64,000 bases of DNA from Chara braunii (GCA_003427395.1 BFEA01000001.1:5392203-5456202); one strand, 5' to 3'. Positions 34,075 to 46,919 are shown, numbered from the stretch's first letter. Notes: generated from the sequence alone by a model not told the origin. Made by a program: numbers and translations.

Positions 34075-36456
34075 TTACTTCATGTATTCGCGGACCTCCT
34101 GGCCAATCCTCTCTAGGAAACCCACGAATCCAGTAACAAGACCAAGTGACGACGTGGTTCCATCAACGTCCTGCTCCTCGATCAGGTACCGGTGGAACTG
34201 ATCGGCATCCTGGTGGCCACCTTGGATGTTGATGAGCTTTGGCGTGATTATTCGCTCCTGCTTGAGTTTGTTGATTTTCTGTTTCAAGACACTGGCTTGA
34301 GGAGGAGGGAACGGCAATGTGGGCGGGGCACTTGGCGCATAATAAACAACGAGGGTGGTAAATGCATCCAGCAAGAAGATGGGGCTCCCACTGGTGACTA
34401 AGGCCGCCCTGCTGAGCGAGTGTTGAGGGTAGGCCTCTTCATTGGGAGACTTGTACGATGACAGCAGTGGATAGACTGCCCGCAGGAGATAGGATGGATC
34501 CAGGGAGCTATAAAGGCATTGCAGGTACGTGCGGTAGTCAGGGTGGACTCCCTCTTCATGAAACTTGAGCAGAGGGCTGCGCAGCATGGCAAAGATCACC
34601 CGGGGAAGAGGCTGCAGCTTCGGGGCATTCTCAAATTCCACGTCCACCGTCGCATTTCCCACGTCTCCAAACTTCGCCGTCTTGTAGTAATCATTGTACT
34701 GCGCCGTCAGGATGACCAGCCAGTCCTGCAGCAGCAGCCTTCCTTCCTTCACTCCTTCCTCCAGGGATGCACGAATAATCTTATGCGTGAGCAGCGTCAG
34801 TATAACTTCCGGATCCGATGCCTCGTATAACTCAGCAGGGCTATGCGCCACCGGTATCTGCACGGTTTTCACACGCAGCCGCCTCTTGAGAACGTACTTG
34901 GTCGTCACAAGCGCTGCTGACCCAGCTGCTCCATTGACATCGGCGGCAGCAGCAGCCCCAGCAGCAGAGGAGCCAGCATTCCGTGCTTTCCCATCTTCGC
35001 TCAGTGGAATAGACTCGTTGCTACTTTTGCCCCCACCATCTTCTGCCGCAGCTGTGGCCGAGGGAGCCTCTACGGGGATCAAGACAGTGTACTGGAAAGC
35101 CATCTGAATGAAGGGAGGGAATTCCGGCCGGCTGAAACCAGTGGAGTTGCAGAACTCCAAATCGTACGCGTATGTATCGAACGGATCACAGCAAACGATG
35201 TGCTGGACGTTCTCAAACTCTGCGTCTGCAAAGAAGTTGCCATACGCTCGTGCAGGCTTGAATTCTGGGGAGGTGCGGAGTCGCAGAGAAGCACGGAAGG
35301 CATGGGGTCGACTGAGCATGCGGTATATGTCCTGCGGCAAGGTGGTGTCATCGGCGCTGCTGTAGAGCCACAAATGCCCGCCACTGCAGATGCTCAGAAA
35401 CTTGAGGGATGCGAGGTCGGTGTACTCGTTGGAGACCACAAACAGATCGACACAAACTCCGACTGCAACGGCCAGTTCTGCCAGGTTCTTGTAGAAGTCC
35501 GTTTGTTCCATCAACAACACTCTGTTGGGATCAAGTCCCTTGGTAGCGAATTGGTCTCCATACCTTCCAGAGTCGAGCTGCCCGATGCCATAATCAGGGG
35601 GACCGGAACAGAAAGCGCAGAGCCGAGCGCTGACGAACAGGTCATCGGTGTCCGAGCCCAAGTAGTTGATGACAGCGTCCATGGCCGCACCAAAGCCACG
35701 AACCCCGACTGCCATTTCCTCCGGCGCCCGACCGAGCGCAGCCGCTCTATCCCACGACGTGGCCGCTTTCAAGCCCTCCAAAGCCGATGTGATCTTCTCC
35801 TTGTTCTTGTCGATTGGCGCAAGAAAGGCCTCCAACGGCATCACCTGATCCAAGGACACCGGCAACTCCTCGTCCTCTTCAGCACTCGGAGGAATGAACA
35901 CGTACTTGGCCACCGGCACCGCTCCTTGCACGTCATACAAACCGATCTTGTGACTGAACGTGACCAGACCGAACAATGCCGCCGGACTCAGCGCCTCCAA
36001 CGCGGCCAGCAAGGCACTCTTCACAAGATCCAAGAACTCCTCTCCGCCTGTCAAATCCACGGCTGCGATGTACACAGGCCGCGTGTGCAAATCCCCTCCG
36101 ACCTCTCCGTCCTCGTCAGCTGCCACCTCAAAATCCACCTGGCTCCTCACCAGCTCGTGCAAGTACATATGCTCCGACCGGTTCCCGTAGCGCTTCTGCT
36201 GCTCCTCGCTGAAGCTGTTGTAGCAGTCGCACAGGCTGCACTTCCAGGAATACCTTTCCACATGGCAGTAGCCGTTGATATACGCGAAGCAGTCCTCGCA
36301 TCTCGCTACATCCTCGGCCCTCTGGAGATTCTTGCGCAGCAGACTTGACTCGTCCTCGAGCGCAAAGGGTTGCACCACGCAACCCCAAGGCACCCCGCTT
36401 TTGCTGAGAAGGGCCCCATCAGCTGGAAACTTGTTCAACGAGAACCGGATAGACAT
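34075..36456 (-). CDS. SEC23D: Sec23/Sec24-family COPII coat protein, plant SEC23D-like divergent subfamily, single ORF of 793 aa
   Basis: PWGCVVQPFA, zinc finger RCEDCFAYIN..C......WKCSLC, trunk domain RPVYIAAVD...SALLAALEAL...LFGLVTFSHKIGLYDVQG, beta-sandwich LRLRTSPEF/QMAFQYT/RRLRVKT, and gelsolin-like FLLDAFTTLVVYY. The subfamily call rests on recalled similarity to Arabidopsis SEC23D. Confidence 0.9.
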   Translation of the reverse strand: MSIRFSLNKFPADGALLSKSGVPWGCVVQPFALEDESSLLRKNLQRAEDVARCEDCFAYINGYCHVERYSWKCSLCDCYNSFSEEQQKRYGNRSEHMYLHELVRSQVDFEVAADEDGEVGGDLHTRPVYIAAVDLTGGEEFLDLVKSALLAALEALSPAALFGLVTFSHKIGLYDVQGAVPVAKYVFIPPSAEEDEELPVSLDQVMPLEAFLAPIDKNKEKITSALEGLKAATSWDRAAALGRAPEEMAVGVRGFGAAMDAVINYLGSDTDDLFVSARLCAFCSGPPDYGIGQLDSGRYGDQFATKGLDPNRVLLMEQTDFYKNLAELAVAVGVCVDLFVVSNEYTDLASLKFLSICSGGHLWLYSSADDTTLPQDIYRMLSRPHAFRASLRLRTSPEFKPARAYGNFFADAEFENVQHIVCCDPFDTYAYDLEFCNSTGFSRPEFPPFIQMAFQYTVLIPVEAPSATAAAEDGGGKSSNESIPLSEDGKARNAGSSAAGAAAAADVNGAAGSAALVTTKYVLKRRLRVKTVQIPVAHSPAELYEASDPEVILTLLTHKIIRASLEEGVKEGRLLLQDWLVILTAQYNDYYKTAKFGDVGNATVDVEFENAPKLQPLPRVIFAMLRSPLLKFHEEGVHPDYRTYLQCLYSSLDPSYLLRAVYPLLSSYKSPNEEAYPQHSLSRAALVTSGSPIFLLDAFTTLVVYYAPSAPPTLPFPPPQASVLKQKINKLKQERIITPKLINIQGGHQDADQFHRYLIEEQDVDGTTSSLGLVTGFVGFLERIGQEVREYMK

Positions 36457-38563
36457 CTTGACGTGGCGCCCAGGAGCGGTCTGACGTGGCAGTCAGACAC
36501 GGGGTGTGGCCCACGCGGCAGCTAGAGGGGGGCNNNNNNNNNNNNNNNNNNNNNNNNNNNNNNNNNNNNNNNNNNNNNNNNNNNNNNNNNNNNNNNNNNN
36601 NNNNNNNNNNNNNNNNNNNNNNNNNNNNNNNNNNNNNNNNNNNNNNNNNNNNNNNNNNNNNNNNNNNNNNNNNNNNNNNNNNNNNNNNNNNNNNNNNNNN
36701 NNNNNNNNNNNNNNNNNNNNNNNNNNNNNNNNNNNNNNNNNNNNNNNNNNNNNNNNNNNNNNNNNNNNNNNNNNNNNNNNNNNNNNNNNNNNNNNNNNNN
36801 NNNNNNNNNNNNNNNNNNNNNNNNNNNNNNNNNNNNNNNNNNNNNNNNNNNNNNNNNNNNNNNNNNNNNNNNNNNNNNNNNNNNNNNNNNNNNNNNNNNN
36901 NNNNNNNNNNNNNNNNNNNNNNNNNNNNNNNNNNNNNNNNNNNNNNNNNNNNNNNNNNNNNNNNNNNNNNNNNNNNNNNNNNNNNNNNNNNNNNNNNNNN
37001 NNNNNNNNNNNNNNNNNNNNNNNNNNNNNNNNNNNNNNNNNNNNNNNNNNNNNNNNNNNNNNNNNNNNNNNNNNNNNNNNNNNNNNNNNNNNNNNNNNNN
37101 NNNNNNNNNNNNNNNNNNNNNNNNNNNNNNNNNNNNNNNNCCGTCTTTTTCCATTCCTGATCCCCCATAATACCCATCCATATATCCATGATTGACAAAA
37201 ATTAGCATCCAACTCGAGAAAGAGATAACCTCACAGACTCACCACGACGTTGGTTCTTTTTTTTTTCCCCTCGACAATCTTCTCTACAAAATCATCCCTT
37301 CCTTACTTGATGAATTCGACATTATTAATCATCCATCCAATCGAAATAGAATACCCGTCTGAAAAGAACGCAACGCAAACCCTACCGTACTGGTTCGGTC
37401 ACTTCCATACAAAGACCAGAGAGAGGTTTCGAGTTCTGCTTCGTGTTTTTCAGGGGCGGGGGAGGAGGAGAGCGACAAGCCACCGGGCGCAGAACAGGAG
37501 GAAGAGCAGTACCAGGGCAACATTATATACTGACCACAGAGAGCAGCCGTCTCGTCACAAACGTTGCGCCAGTGAGCTTGTGTAAAATACAGACTTATCT
37601 CTATAGTCTCTATAGTTAGTTAACAACTCATCACTAACGTTGATGATGGCATTGATTAGGCACCACCGACACAACGCCCTGTGCATTACATTGCAAAACA
37701 AGATAGGTTTCGCAATGCACAATGGGCCTCGCTCCACTACTCTCACCAACCAAATGCGCAAAATGAGAACGAATCTTCCGCTAGACCATGGAAAGATACA
37801 CCGCCAGGTTTTCTCTTTTATGCATATAAGGTGAGTAGTGTGGAGCGAGGCTCAATTCCTACCTCCTCTGGCAGTATTGCAAAAAAAAAAAAAAAAAAAA
37901 AAAGCGACCTAACTTCAATTCGACACGGCCCGCTGCCTTTCGCCCTTCGCTCGAATTCCCTCCACTAGGTTACAAAGCTTGATTGAAACTCCCGGACAGG
38001 TCGATCGACAACAATATCACCTATAGCGCGTCTGCGCCTTCTCCACCTAATCGCAGCGGGCGGGTAAATACAAACCCTAAAAACGGCATCAGTTCTACTA
38101 CTATCCCTTCTTTCTTTCACGACTGCACCGGGCCGGGAAAATAGCTACTGTACATTCTTAATCACGCACGCACGATGGCTCGTGTTCAGAAGAAGACGGC
38201 AGGCACTATGATCCTCTGAGGGCCTGAAAACAGTAACTGCCCGCCGCCTCATTGTAGGTACGCAGCTAGAGAGCCGCCTACGTCAATATATACCACCTTC
38301 GACACCCCGCCGCTGAGATTGTGAACGCATCTGGACAGCGTCATCGACCAGATGCGTTCATGATGTTCGTGCATGACGAGCGGTCCCTTACTATACCCCG
38401 CTGAGATCCATACACTCGTCATCTTCAGGCATTCCTCCACCTTGCACGTCCTCGGCCACCTTTGGATTTTTTTCGCGGTAATCATTACATTATCATCCTT
38501 TCAGCTTCCTTTTCCCCTTTTCCTTCTGCCCGATCTTCCTCACGGTTTTCCCTTCTCCTGCCC

Positions 38564-38595
<32 letters not shown>

Positions 38596-40184
38596 AAGTT
38601 CGTGCACGGCGGGCAACCGTGGCGCGCCCTGCCTTGTCTTCGTCCCGTACCTACACCTCCTCTCCCGAACACAACGACAACTCTTATGGCCGTACCGGAC
38701 CGGAAAGATAGCTCCTATTCGTTCATCATCCTGGTGCGTCGGTCAGGTCGGGGGGGGGGGAAGACGGTAGGGTTCGCAGTGAAGTCGCCCGCGCATCTCG
38801 AGCTTCTACATCTCTCTTCGCTCTTCCAGATCCGTCTCGTTCTCTTCTTGTTTGCTTTCTCTTTTGGAAATTTGTCCGACTCACGCCATCAGTAGTTAGC
38901 ACGGCCGTCAAAAACACAGCACGTCCTAGATAAAAAAAACCGCATCTTTTCATTTCCTCTTTCGAGCAGAAAGAAGAAAGTCCATTCCCGCCTAGGGTTG
39001 GGGATCTCAGCGCCTTCGGTTCTTTCCAGAACCGTTGGTTTTTTTTTTTGGCCTTTTTGTGTCTTTCACGGACCAGGTAACGGGGGGTAATAGGGTGAAA
39101 AAAAAGAACCTCGCTCTCCTCGACGAAAAAAAAAAAGAAAAAAAAAAAAAAAAAACGTAAAATGCGCCCCCAGCTTTCGGACCTCGTTCAACGGGGGTGT
39201 GGAGTACGTGACTTGTGAGACATCGTCAACTTCAAGAAAAAAGAAATCGCCATCATGCTCGATCGGTGACAATACGAGACCGGTGGGTTGAGGAAAATTA
39301 AAAACCAAGTCAAAGAATAGACAGACCAGCCTCACCAGCAAGTTTCAACGCTCACCAATGCGAGAACGTGAAGAGGCAACCAACTTCTTTGCCCTTTCGT
39401 ATTAAGGAAAAAAAACGGGTTGGGTTATTATATCCTCACGACCCATGTGTTCGGCAAGATAGCCGTTGTCTACCACTATTGATGATGATTCCATAATCTA
39501 TTGTTCTCTTCAAAGGTTCCCCCCCCCCCCCCCCCTTTTCCTCGCCTTTTGTTACCTTTTCCCCGTCCTCTTTTCTCCACAACCACCCCCCCCTCCCTCT
39601 TCCCCGGGCCCCCCACCTCTCTTTCCTCACTTCGTGCTCTCGCTATCGCAACCAGAAGGATTAGCAGCCAGAGACAATGTGCTCGCGTTGCAGCTTTTCT
39701 CCTTCTCCCACAACTCCGCCCGCCAGTGCCCATTCTCGACCTCAACTTTCCCTCGCTCCGTAGACGTTTTGCTGGCCGGCGTGACGGCACAGAAGATTAA
39801 CGATACGATACGATTGATGGGTTGATTTTTTGATCGACTGATTGATTGATCCAGCGAGTGAGTCAGCGAGTGCTTGATTGAATGAGTGAGCGAGCGAGCG
39901 AGTGATTAACTGACAGCAATGACGGAACGAGCGATTTGACTAACGATGATGAATCGACTAGTCGATTGAAGAAGACGGATTAACTAACAGATTAGTTCCC
40001 TAATAGATTTGACAGTAAGGAGGTTCGTGTTGCGATTGCGAGTCGCGTTATATCTTTTATGCCAGACAACCGGCTGATTGCTGGCCTCTGCAGCAGACCA
40101 ACGACCTGCAATCAATCAAATTTCGTCTTTTTTCGGATCTATTATGGCGATGACACGGACCGTCAGATCTGAATCCAGCTGTCA

Positions 40185-40385
40185 TGCGATGTGTACATTT
40201 TGGCGGGAACAACCATGTCAACCAGTGCTCAGGTAAGCAGGCCATTGCTTTTTTTAACGCGCCGCTTCGCCACACGCGCGCACTCCATTTCCCGTCAAAA
40301 CCACGCATGACAGGCGCGCACTCCATTTCCCGCCAAAGACGATGCGATGTGTACATTTTGGCGGGAACAACCATGTCAACCAGTG
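40185..40385. repeat. Direct repeat of a 44-bp segment
   Basis: ATGCGATGTGTACATTTTGGCGGGAACAACCATGTCAACCAGTG at 40185 and 40342. Confidence 0.9.
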
Positions 40386-41079
40386 ACTGCTTCGCGGACA
40401 TCGGCCCCCGCACGCGCGAGAAGCTGCTTGCAGAGAACGACCTACCTTCCCGCCAAAACTATACGCCCAAATGACAGGCGAAATACTATTGGTAGCCGAT
40501 CCATGAACTGCACGGCTGGCCCTCGTGATGACCGACCGAAAAAGAAGAGAACAAAGGTGCACATTGGGTGCGACGAAAACATTACGGCAACAACATTCCG
40601 AGAAAATAACAAGAATATTATCGTCGTTCTATATCATCCATCATCGAGTATTCCGCCGGACAAACCACCGTCATAATGAATTGAACGGCTTGATTTTCGC
40701 CCGCTACAAATTCTTAAAAGCCCTACCCACCACATAGCGACAACAACGGGCCGAATCCCGCGAGCCTATTGGCACCCACCGAGGATCGGTATTGGCGCCG
40801 TGATGATACAAACGTATTTCCAAACTTACACCTACGGAAGGCGTACTTTCCCACCGAGGAACACTGGATTCACGACAACTTGCCTTACATACGTAATATC
40901 ATTCATTCATAATAACAAAGAGCAACAGTAAAGTAATAATCATACACAAACAATTGCACAGCACCACTCGGAACAAATACACAAACTGAGAATGTAATCA
41001 CGGTACAGAGTCTAAATAAAATACGATAACGAGTTTAAAACAGAGTATTTTTACAACAAGAGTCCCTTCCATTCACTGA

Positions 41080-41081
<2 letters not shown>

Positions 41082-41178
<97 letters not shown>

Positions 41179-41180
41179 TG
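41082..41180. repeat. Compound (CT)n(GT)n microsatellite
   Basis: Read directly from the sequence. Further (CT/AG)n tracts at ~42116-42183, 43827-43869, 58580-58637 and 62504-62549. Confidence 0.95.
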
Positions 41181-42114
41181 CACACTTCAATTCCAACTGT
41201 ACTTCTGGTAGGATCCTTCATCGGTACCGTTCCTATCAGATCGCATATACCGGGATCAATGGGAATAAAGCAGCCGATGACTGTCCCGCCCTCTTGATAT
41301 GATGTGTTCTTCTGACGAGGGGGTTTTGCAACAAACACGTTTAATAGGCTAATCAGTGAATTATTACTCTTCTCTAAAGGGAACTACTCGTTGCCCTCTC
41401 TTGCGGACAGTCAAGGTGATACGCAACTTGTATCCGTTATCGATCGCCCTTTCACAAAATGATACATTAACGACTTCTTGATTCTGGCGAAGGAAGACAC
41501 GGGTTTTAAACCCCGTCTGGGATATACATGATGCAGTTGGGGGACACCAATCCCAGAACGACATTCCATCCCACTCCATAAATGATATTCATTTTTTCCC
41601 ATTCAAGTGTGTGTACCGGTGGCTGGCTGGCGATTCTTCCAAGACGCATGCTTCAAGTGTCTGAGCATGGTGCGGGGGATAACTGTAAGTCGTGAGATCG
41701 AAACCTATCGGACATAACAACATACGAGAAGTTTTTCGGCGAACAGCCTCAGCCTGACTCGAATTGTTCCCTACGATTCCTTCGCTGCCGATACAGTACC
41801 TCAAAACCAGTCAAAAGCCGCCAAACCTCCTACCCTCTTCTTGAACTGTTACAACTCAAATATATATTGTTACATTGTGAATCAGAGCGCAAAAAAGGGA
41901 AAAGAAAAAAGGAAAAGGACAAAAGGGGGAGGGGGAAGAGGTAAGGAAAGCTCCACCTGTTCATAACCTCTTACGTACAAACAGAATATTATATTATATA
42001 TAATATATATATTTTTTATATATATAGGCATTATCACTCCTTTATTACTAAAACAGCACGAAACAAAAACAATTACGAAAACACGACCTATGTTTCTGAT
42101 TTTCCCGAGACTAG

Positions 42115-42195
<81 letters not shown>

Positions 42196-43824
42196 TATAT
42201 ATACTTTTGAGATGGGCGTCCTGCGATAGAGATGGCAACGGCTGCGATAATACAGACGGACGAAACGGAAATATGGACATACATAGCGAGAAAATCGAAA
42301 CATAAGTGGGAAAGCGTACCGCTCGGGGCTAACGGAACTAGAGCAGCAAAAACAAGAAACCCAAAACGAAAAAGACAAGGGCAAAAAAAAAAAAAAGAAA
42401 GGTCTTTCCTCACACTGAACATGGATGGTTCCACCACACCACGACGAGCCACCTACTCTTCCATTGCAGCCATAACATTCACGCAACTTAAGAGAGATCG
42501 ACACAAAGAAGATCTGAAAGCACTACCGCAGGTACACCCGCTTGCCGTCGACTGCACGTTCACCCCTCTCCCTTTCCCTTTAGACCCCTCACGTACCACC
42601 TAGATTGATCCTCTTGTCCGAGTATTCTTCTACAGCCGTCATCTTTTTTCAGCTCCTCTGTAATCTTACCCTCTGCCTCCGCCTCCTCCTCCCCCCGCCC
42701 CCCTCAACCTTCTTCCCCCTCGCGCCGGCGCCCTCTTCCCCCACCTTCGCCTCCCGCTTTCCCCACCTCCACTTGCCTCTCGCCCCATCTCCACCCATCT
42801 CCGTCTGCCTCTCCCCCCACCTCCGCATGCATTTCCCCCGACCCCCGCCTCCCTGTCCCTCCATATCCTCTACTCCTGCTTCTTCCCTAGTCCCTCTTGC
42901 TGCTCCTCATCAGCTGCCGCCGCCACCGTCGCCTTCGACTTGGTCTGCTTCCTCCTTCGCCGCCTCCTACACCTCGAATTACGATGGCCAAGGGTCTGTT
43001 TGCTCGTTCGCCTCCTACAGCTCAAATTACAATGGGCAAGCTAAAGGAAGACAAACAGGCCCACGAGGGGCAGAAGAGCACGAGCAGCGCAGAAATACGT
43101 TGCCAAGTAAGGTGCGACTCGGACGTCGAAAAGGAACGAGGGGTAACCACGGAAGTGACTTCCAGAAGACAGAATACCAACTACTGGGAGGACAGACAGC
43201 GCGCATAAAGGATGCCAGAGAGAGAGGAGCACCGATGAGAGGAGTGACGCAGAGAAAACGCGGGAGGAAAGGAAGGGTTCGATTGGAAACTTACAAGGGA
43301 TACGATCTTCGCGTACACTTCAAGCAGAGGGCAATGATCGTCTCTAGGTCCGGGCCGCGCAACCGGAGCGACACGGATACAAGCTGAAGCAGAACCGATT
43401 ACGATCGCCTGCAGACCAAATTTTCGCCTGCATATTTTGAACTCTGAGCCGATCAGTGATTACCTCGACATTTCTTGAAATTGAACCAATAGGTGCGTCG
43501 GAGAAGAGGAGGACGATGGCGCCAGCGCGGCAGCGCGGCAGCAGATAGAGAAGGCAGAAAGAGGCACAAACGTAACGGAGGAAGGCCGGCGATGTCGACT
43601 GGGACCTCCCTCGGCTTCCTTCCCCGTGATTACGACCCCACCCCTGGAACAGGAGAGAATGGAATGGTCCTTTCGGCACCAAATGGCCGACCCACGCAGA
43701 TCAGCCTGGCCTGGCCTGGCCTGGCCCGTCGCCCACTTGGCCCCGGACGTCTGCTCGGCGCATTCAGCCGCCGGCCGGCTCATCAACCAGTCAGCGCGAA
43801 AGATCCAACGAAGACTAATCGGCC

Positions 43825-43872
<48 letters not shown>

Positions 43873-44166
43873 CGCTCGACTCGCTCGCTGGCTCGCTTTC
43901 TTTTCCTCCCCCAGAAGGGCATTACGGCCGCTATTTCGACGGATCAGATTGACTACAAAAGTGCGCGCACTGGGACTACCGTCCCCCGATCGGACGGCCA
44001 AACTCAGAAAGCCTGTCGAATCGAATGAGGGCGGGCAAAACACCTGGCCGAACGGTAGATGCAGGCCACTGTCGGCAGAAGGAAAAAACACACACAAGGC
44101 GGGGATGACCGGTACCGCAAATGCAGCAATTCCTGACATGGTCAACCCGCGGGACTGGCGACCAGG

Positions 44167-45745
44167 TGTAATGAGGGTCCCCCAGCCCCTCAGGGGCCCG
44201 AGTTCCCCACACACCTAAGCCCCAACTCCCGGCCATATCAACGACCAGAAATGAGTAACGTCCTGATTGAGACCTCATCGCCAGAGCCGACTTCCCCCTC
44301 GTGAACCCCGGCTCAACGGAACGGAAAGCCACGCTCCCGAGCCTGAAGAACGCTCATTCGGTTAGAGTCGGGCGTCGCAACGTGGAGGTCGCGTATCCCG
44401 TGCCCACGTTCAGTTGGCCCCAGATTGGCATGCAACGTACGTCGTAGCGGGTTCGATTCCTCAGCTTTCGACCTCCTGTGCGCATGTTCAGCTGGTGCTA
44501 GACTGGCACCCACGTACCTGTTCCCCAGCAGTACAGCAAGTGGACGGGTCACCAGACGTAGTAGCTGAGTGGGTTACAGCCAAGGTGTTGCGAGGAAGAA
44601 CTCTAGGGTTCGATCCTGATCAGCCCTATGTGGCACTCAGTACAGGTACAGCTGGGGCACAGGTAGGGGATAGACCAGGGGCTTCAGTGGTGCAGGTACA
44701 ACTGGGGCACAGGTAGGGGACAGACGAGGGGCTTCAGTGGTGGGGACTCGTCGCAGAGTGGGACGTAGTCTGGCCTTTAGGGGGTGGGGTCAGGCCATGT
44801 TGAACTGAGGTTGGATTGAGAGAAAGAGGATTGACGGGTGAGTTGGTCTAGAAGAGGATTGACCAGTGGGTTGGCCTAGTGGAGTGGATGATTACGTAGT
44901 TGGTTACCGGAAGGCCTTAAGGGAGGCTCGGTCTGCAGGTGGGATGGTTGTAAGGGGGGATCGTACAGGAGGGTTTGCCATGAGAAATAGACCAAAGTGG
45001 GCCCATTGATGACAAAGGTAGGGGGATAGTGGTCGTGTACCCACTGATAACCGAGATTGTAGCAACTCTGGAGGGTAACAAAGAAAACCACAGTGACTGT
45101 ACAGTCTTCAGTTGATGAGCAACGTATGGCGGTAGATGGTGGTCATATACCTACTGCTAATAGAGATTATATTACATCCAGTTGATATTTAAGCAACAAT
45201 GATCAAGCAATCACAGTATGATTGGAGAGTGTTTAGATGTTGAACAAAATATGGAAATGGATGGTGGTCATGTACCTGCTGATGGCAGAGGCTAGATTAT
45301 CTTTGTGTGATATATATCAACAATTACCGTAACAAGCAAAAGTACCGTGTTAGGAAGGTATACACAGCTTGTGCAAATGATATTATAGTTTAGACCTTGG
45401 CTACAGGGATTCATTGGCTATTCGTTGTGATATATATGATTAGCTGTGTTCAATACTCTCGAGTGATTATATTAGTTTTGGATGTACGTATGGGGCATGT
45501 AGATAGGATGTTTATGCTTAGCACCTTAAATACATGTACAACATGGCTCGATTAGGGTTGAGCGGGGTTCCCGCTTAGCACTAGTGCTTGCAGCCATTAC
45601 CTAGTCATGTCAATCCCCCAACAAGGTAGTAGAAGAATTGTCTTGAGTGGTCGACGTTGAGGTAGTGCTTGCAACTGTTGCCTAGTTAAGTCAATCCGCA
45701 AACATGCTAGGTGCGTAATTGTCCTGAGTGGTAGACGTTGAGGTG
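44167..45745 (+). mobile_element. LTR-like repeat starting TGTAATG, with three tRNA-like units (44352-44626) and internal tandem repeats; 3' boundary uncertain
   Basis: A-box-like GCTCATTCGGTTAGAG (44352), GTTCAGTTGG (44408) and TAGCTGAGTGGGTTA (44562). B boxes GGTTCGATTCC (44450) and GGTTCGATCC (44607). Also a 50-bp duplication at 44643-44742, ~120-bp degenerate repeats at 45135-45440 and an ~81-bp duplication at 45584-45745. Confidence 0.5.
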
Positions 45746-46184
45746 GAGGTGCGCAAAAAAACATTAACAAAAGAAGGGTACGAGAGGTGAGATTTGTATG
45801 CGTATAGTTCTATTGACTCCGTTTGCAATATTTTTTTGCCACCTAATTAACTATTTAACTCTTATATTATTCAATTGATACTTGTCAATACAAATAATAT
45901 GCGAATTAAAAGTATATCCACAATACAAGCCTGACGGATTTATTCCACATGTGTGTATCACATAAACCACAAATGTTTTCATAATTACTCAATTTTTATT
46001 TCCTATGACCACAAACAGTTTGTAATTGCTTTGATTTTGAATGCAACTTTTTTTTAATAGGATTATGCTAAGAGTTAAATTCGAGATCGTGGGAACTGGG
46101 GAAATAACTCCACGGTGGTACCATACCAAGGAGAATTCAGAGATCCCGTAGTAAGAATTGTCCTGTGCGGACCCTTAAGGGGAT

Positions 46185-46493
46185 CAGCCCATGAGTTTGA
46201 AATCCCACTATAGTAAGCCCAATAAAAAGGAATCATGCCAATAAGATTACAAAATAACAAAAAAGTAAAAGTGACAAAGATGAAAGGAAAAAATCGTTGT
46301 TTAACTGCTGGTACACCACTTATTTGTTCATTGACTAAGTTTAGAACGAATTCATAAATCATTTCAACAAAAGATTGCCAAGCATTGGGTACTAAATGAC
46401 CTCCATTCATGCACCACTTATTTGTTCATTGACTAAGTTTAGAACGAATTCATAAATCATTTCAACAAAAGATTGCCAAGCATTGGGTACTAA
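46185..46493 (-). pseudogene. atp6: Nuclear copy of a mitochondrial atp6 fragment (NUMT), internally duplicated and deleted
   Basis: GGHLVPNAWQSFVEMIYEFVLNLVNEQISG..VKQRFFPFIFVTFTFLLFCNLIGMIP, then in another frame FIGLTIVGFQTHGL. These are ATP synthase subunit a motifs. Exact 82-bp duplication at 46314-46395 and 46412-46493. Confidence 0.93.
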
Positions 46494-46919
46494 TGGACGG
46501 GCGCAGCGTTGACTGTTACCGCCGCGAAGCGGCGGCCTATTTAATTTCATTTGGTGATCACGGGGGGCACGCAACCCGTGCCGCTGGCCCGGCGGAAACA
46601 TCCAGGAGGCACGCAGTGTTGGCCCGTCTGGGAGTGTTATGCGTTCGAGACGGAACGCTGATGGACACGACTTATTTCATGCGTGGAGCATGCATGAAAG
46701 ACACCTGGAATGACGAACTCATTCCGGGGACCATAGCCTGTCGTGAAAGGAGATCACTGGATTTAGCCAGTCCTTGGAAGATCTCCGACCGTGTCTCCGA
46801 GATGCAGTTGAACGGGGAGTTCGTGAACGCGAGGTGTAGGTGGGATACCAGACCAGACGTGGCAAGGCACGAAGCAACGTCTTCTCTGTATTTACGTTGA
46901 TTACTGACGTACTTACCAG

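Noticed and set aside
35200-36348. 382-aa plus-strand ORF
   Set aside because: Antisense shadow of the GC3-rich SEC23D-like gene.
38072-38080. Telo-box AAACCCTAA (also 32892-32900) as a regulatory site
   Set aside because: A single short motif with no TSS information cannot be assigned to a gene.
41310-41342. Hammerhead-like CTGACGA...AAACACGT near a microsatellite (similar weak case at ~30692)
   Set aside because: The GAAA box and the stems are missing or mutated, so it cannot be told from chance.
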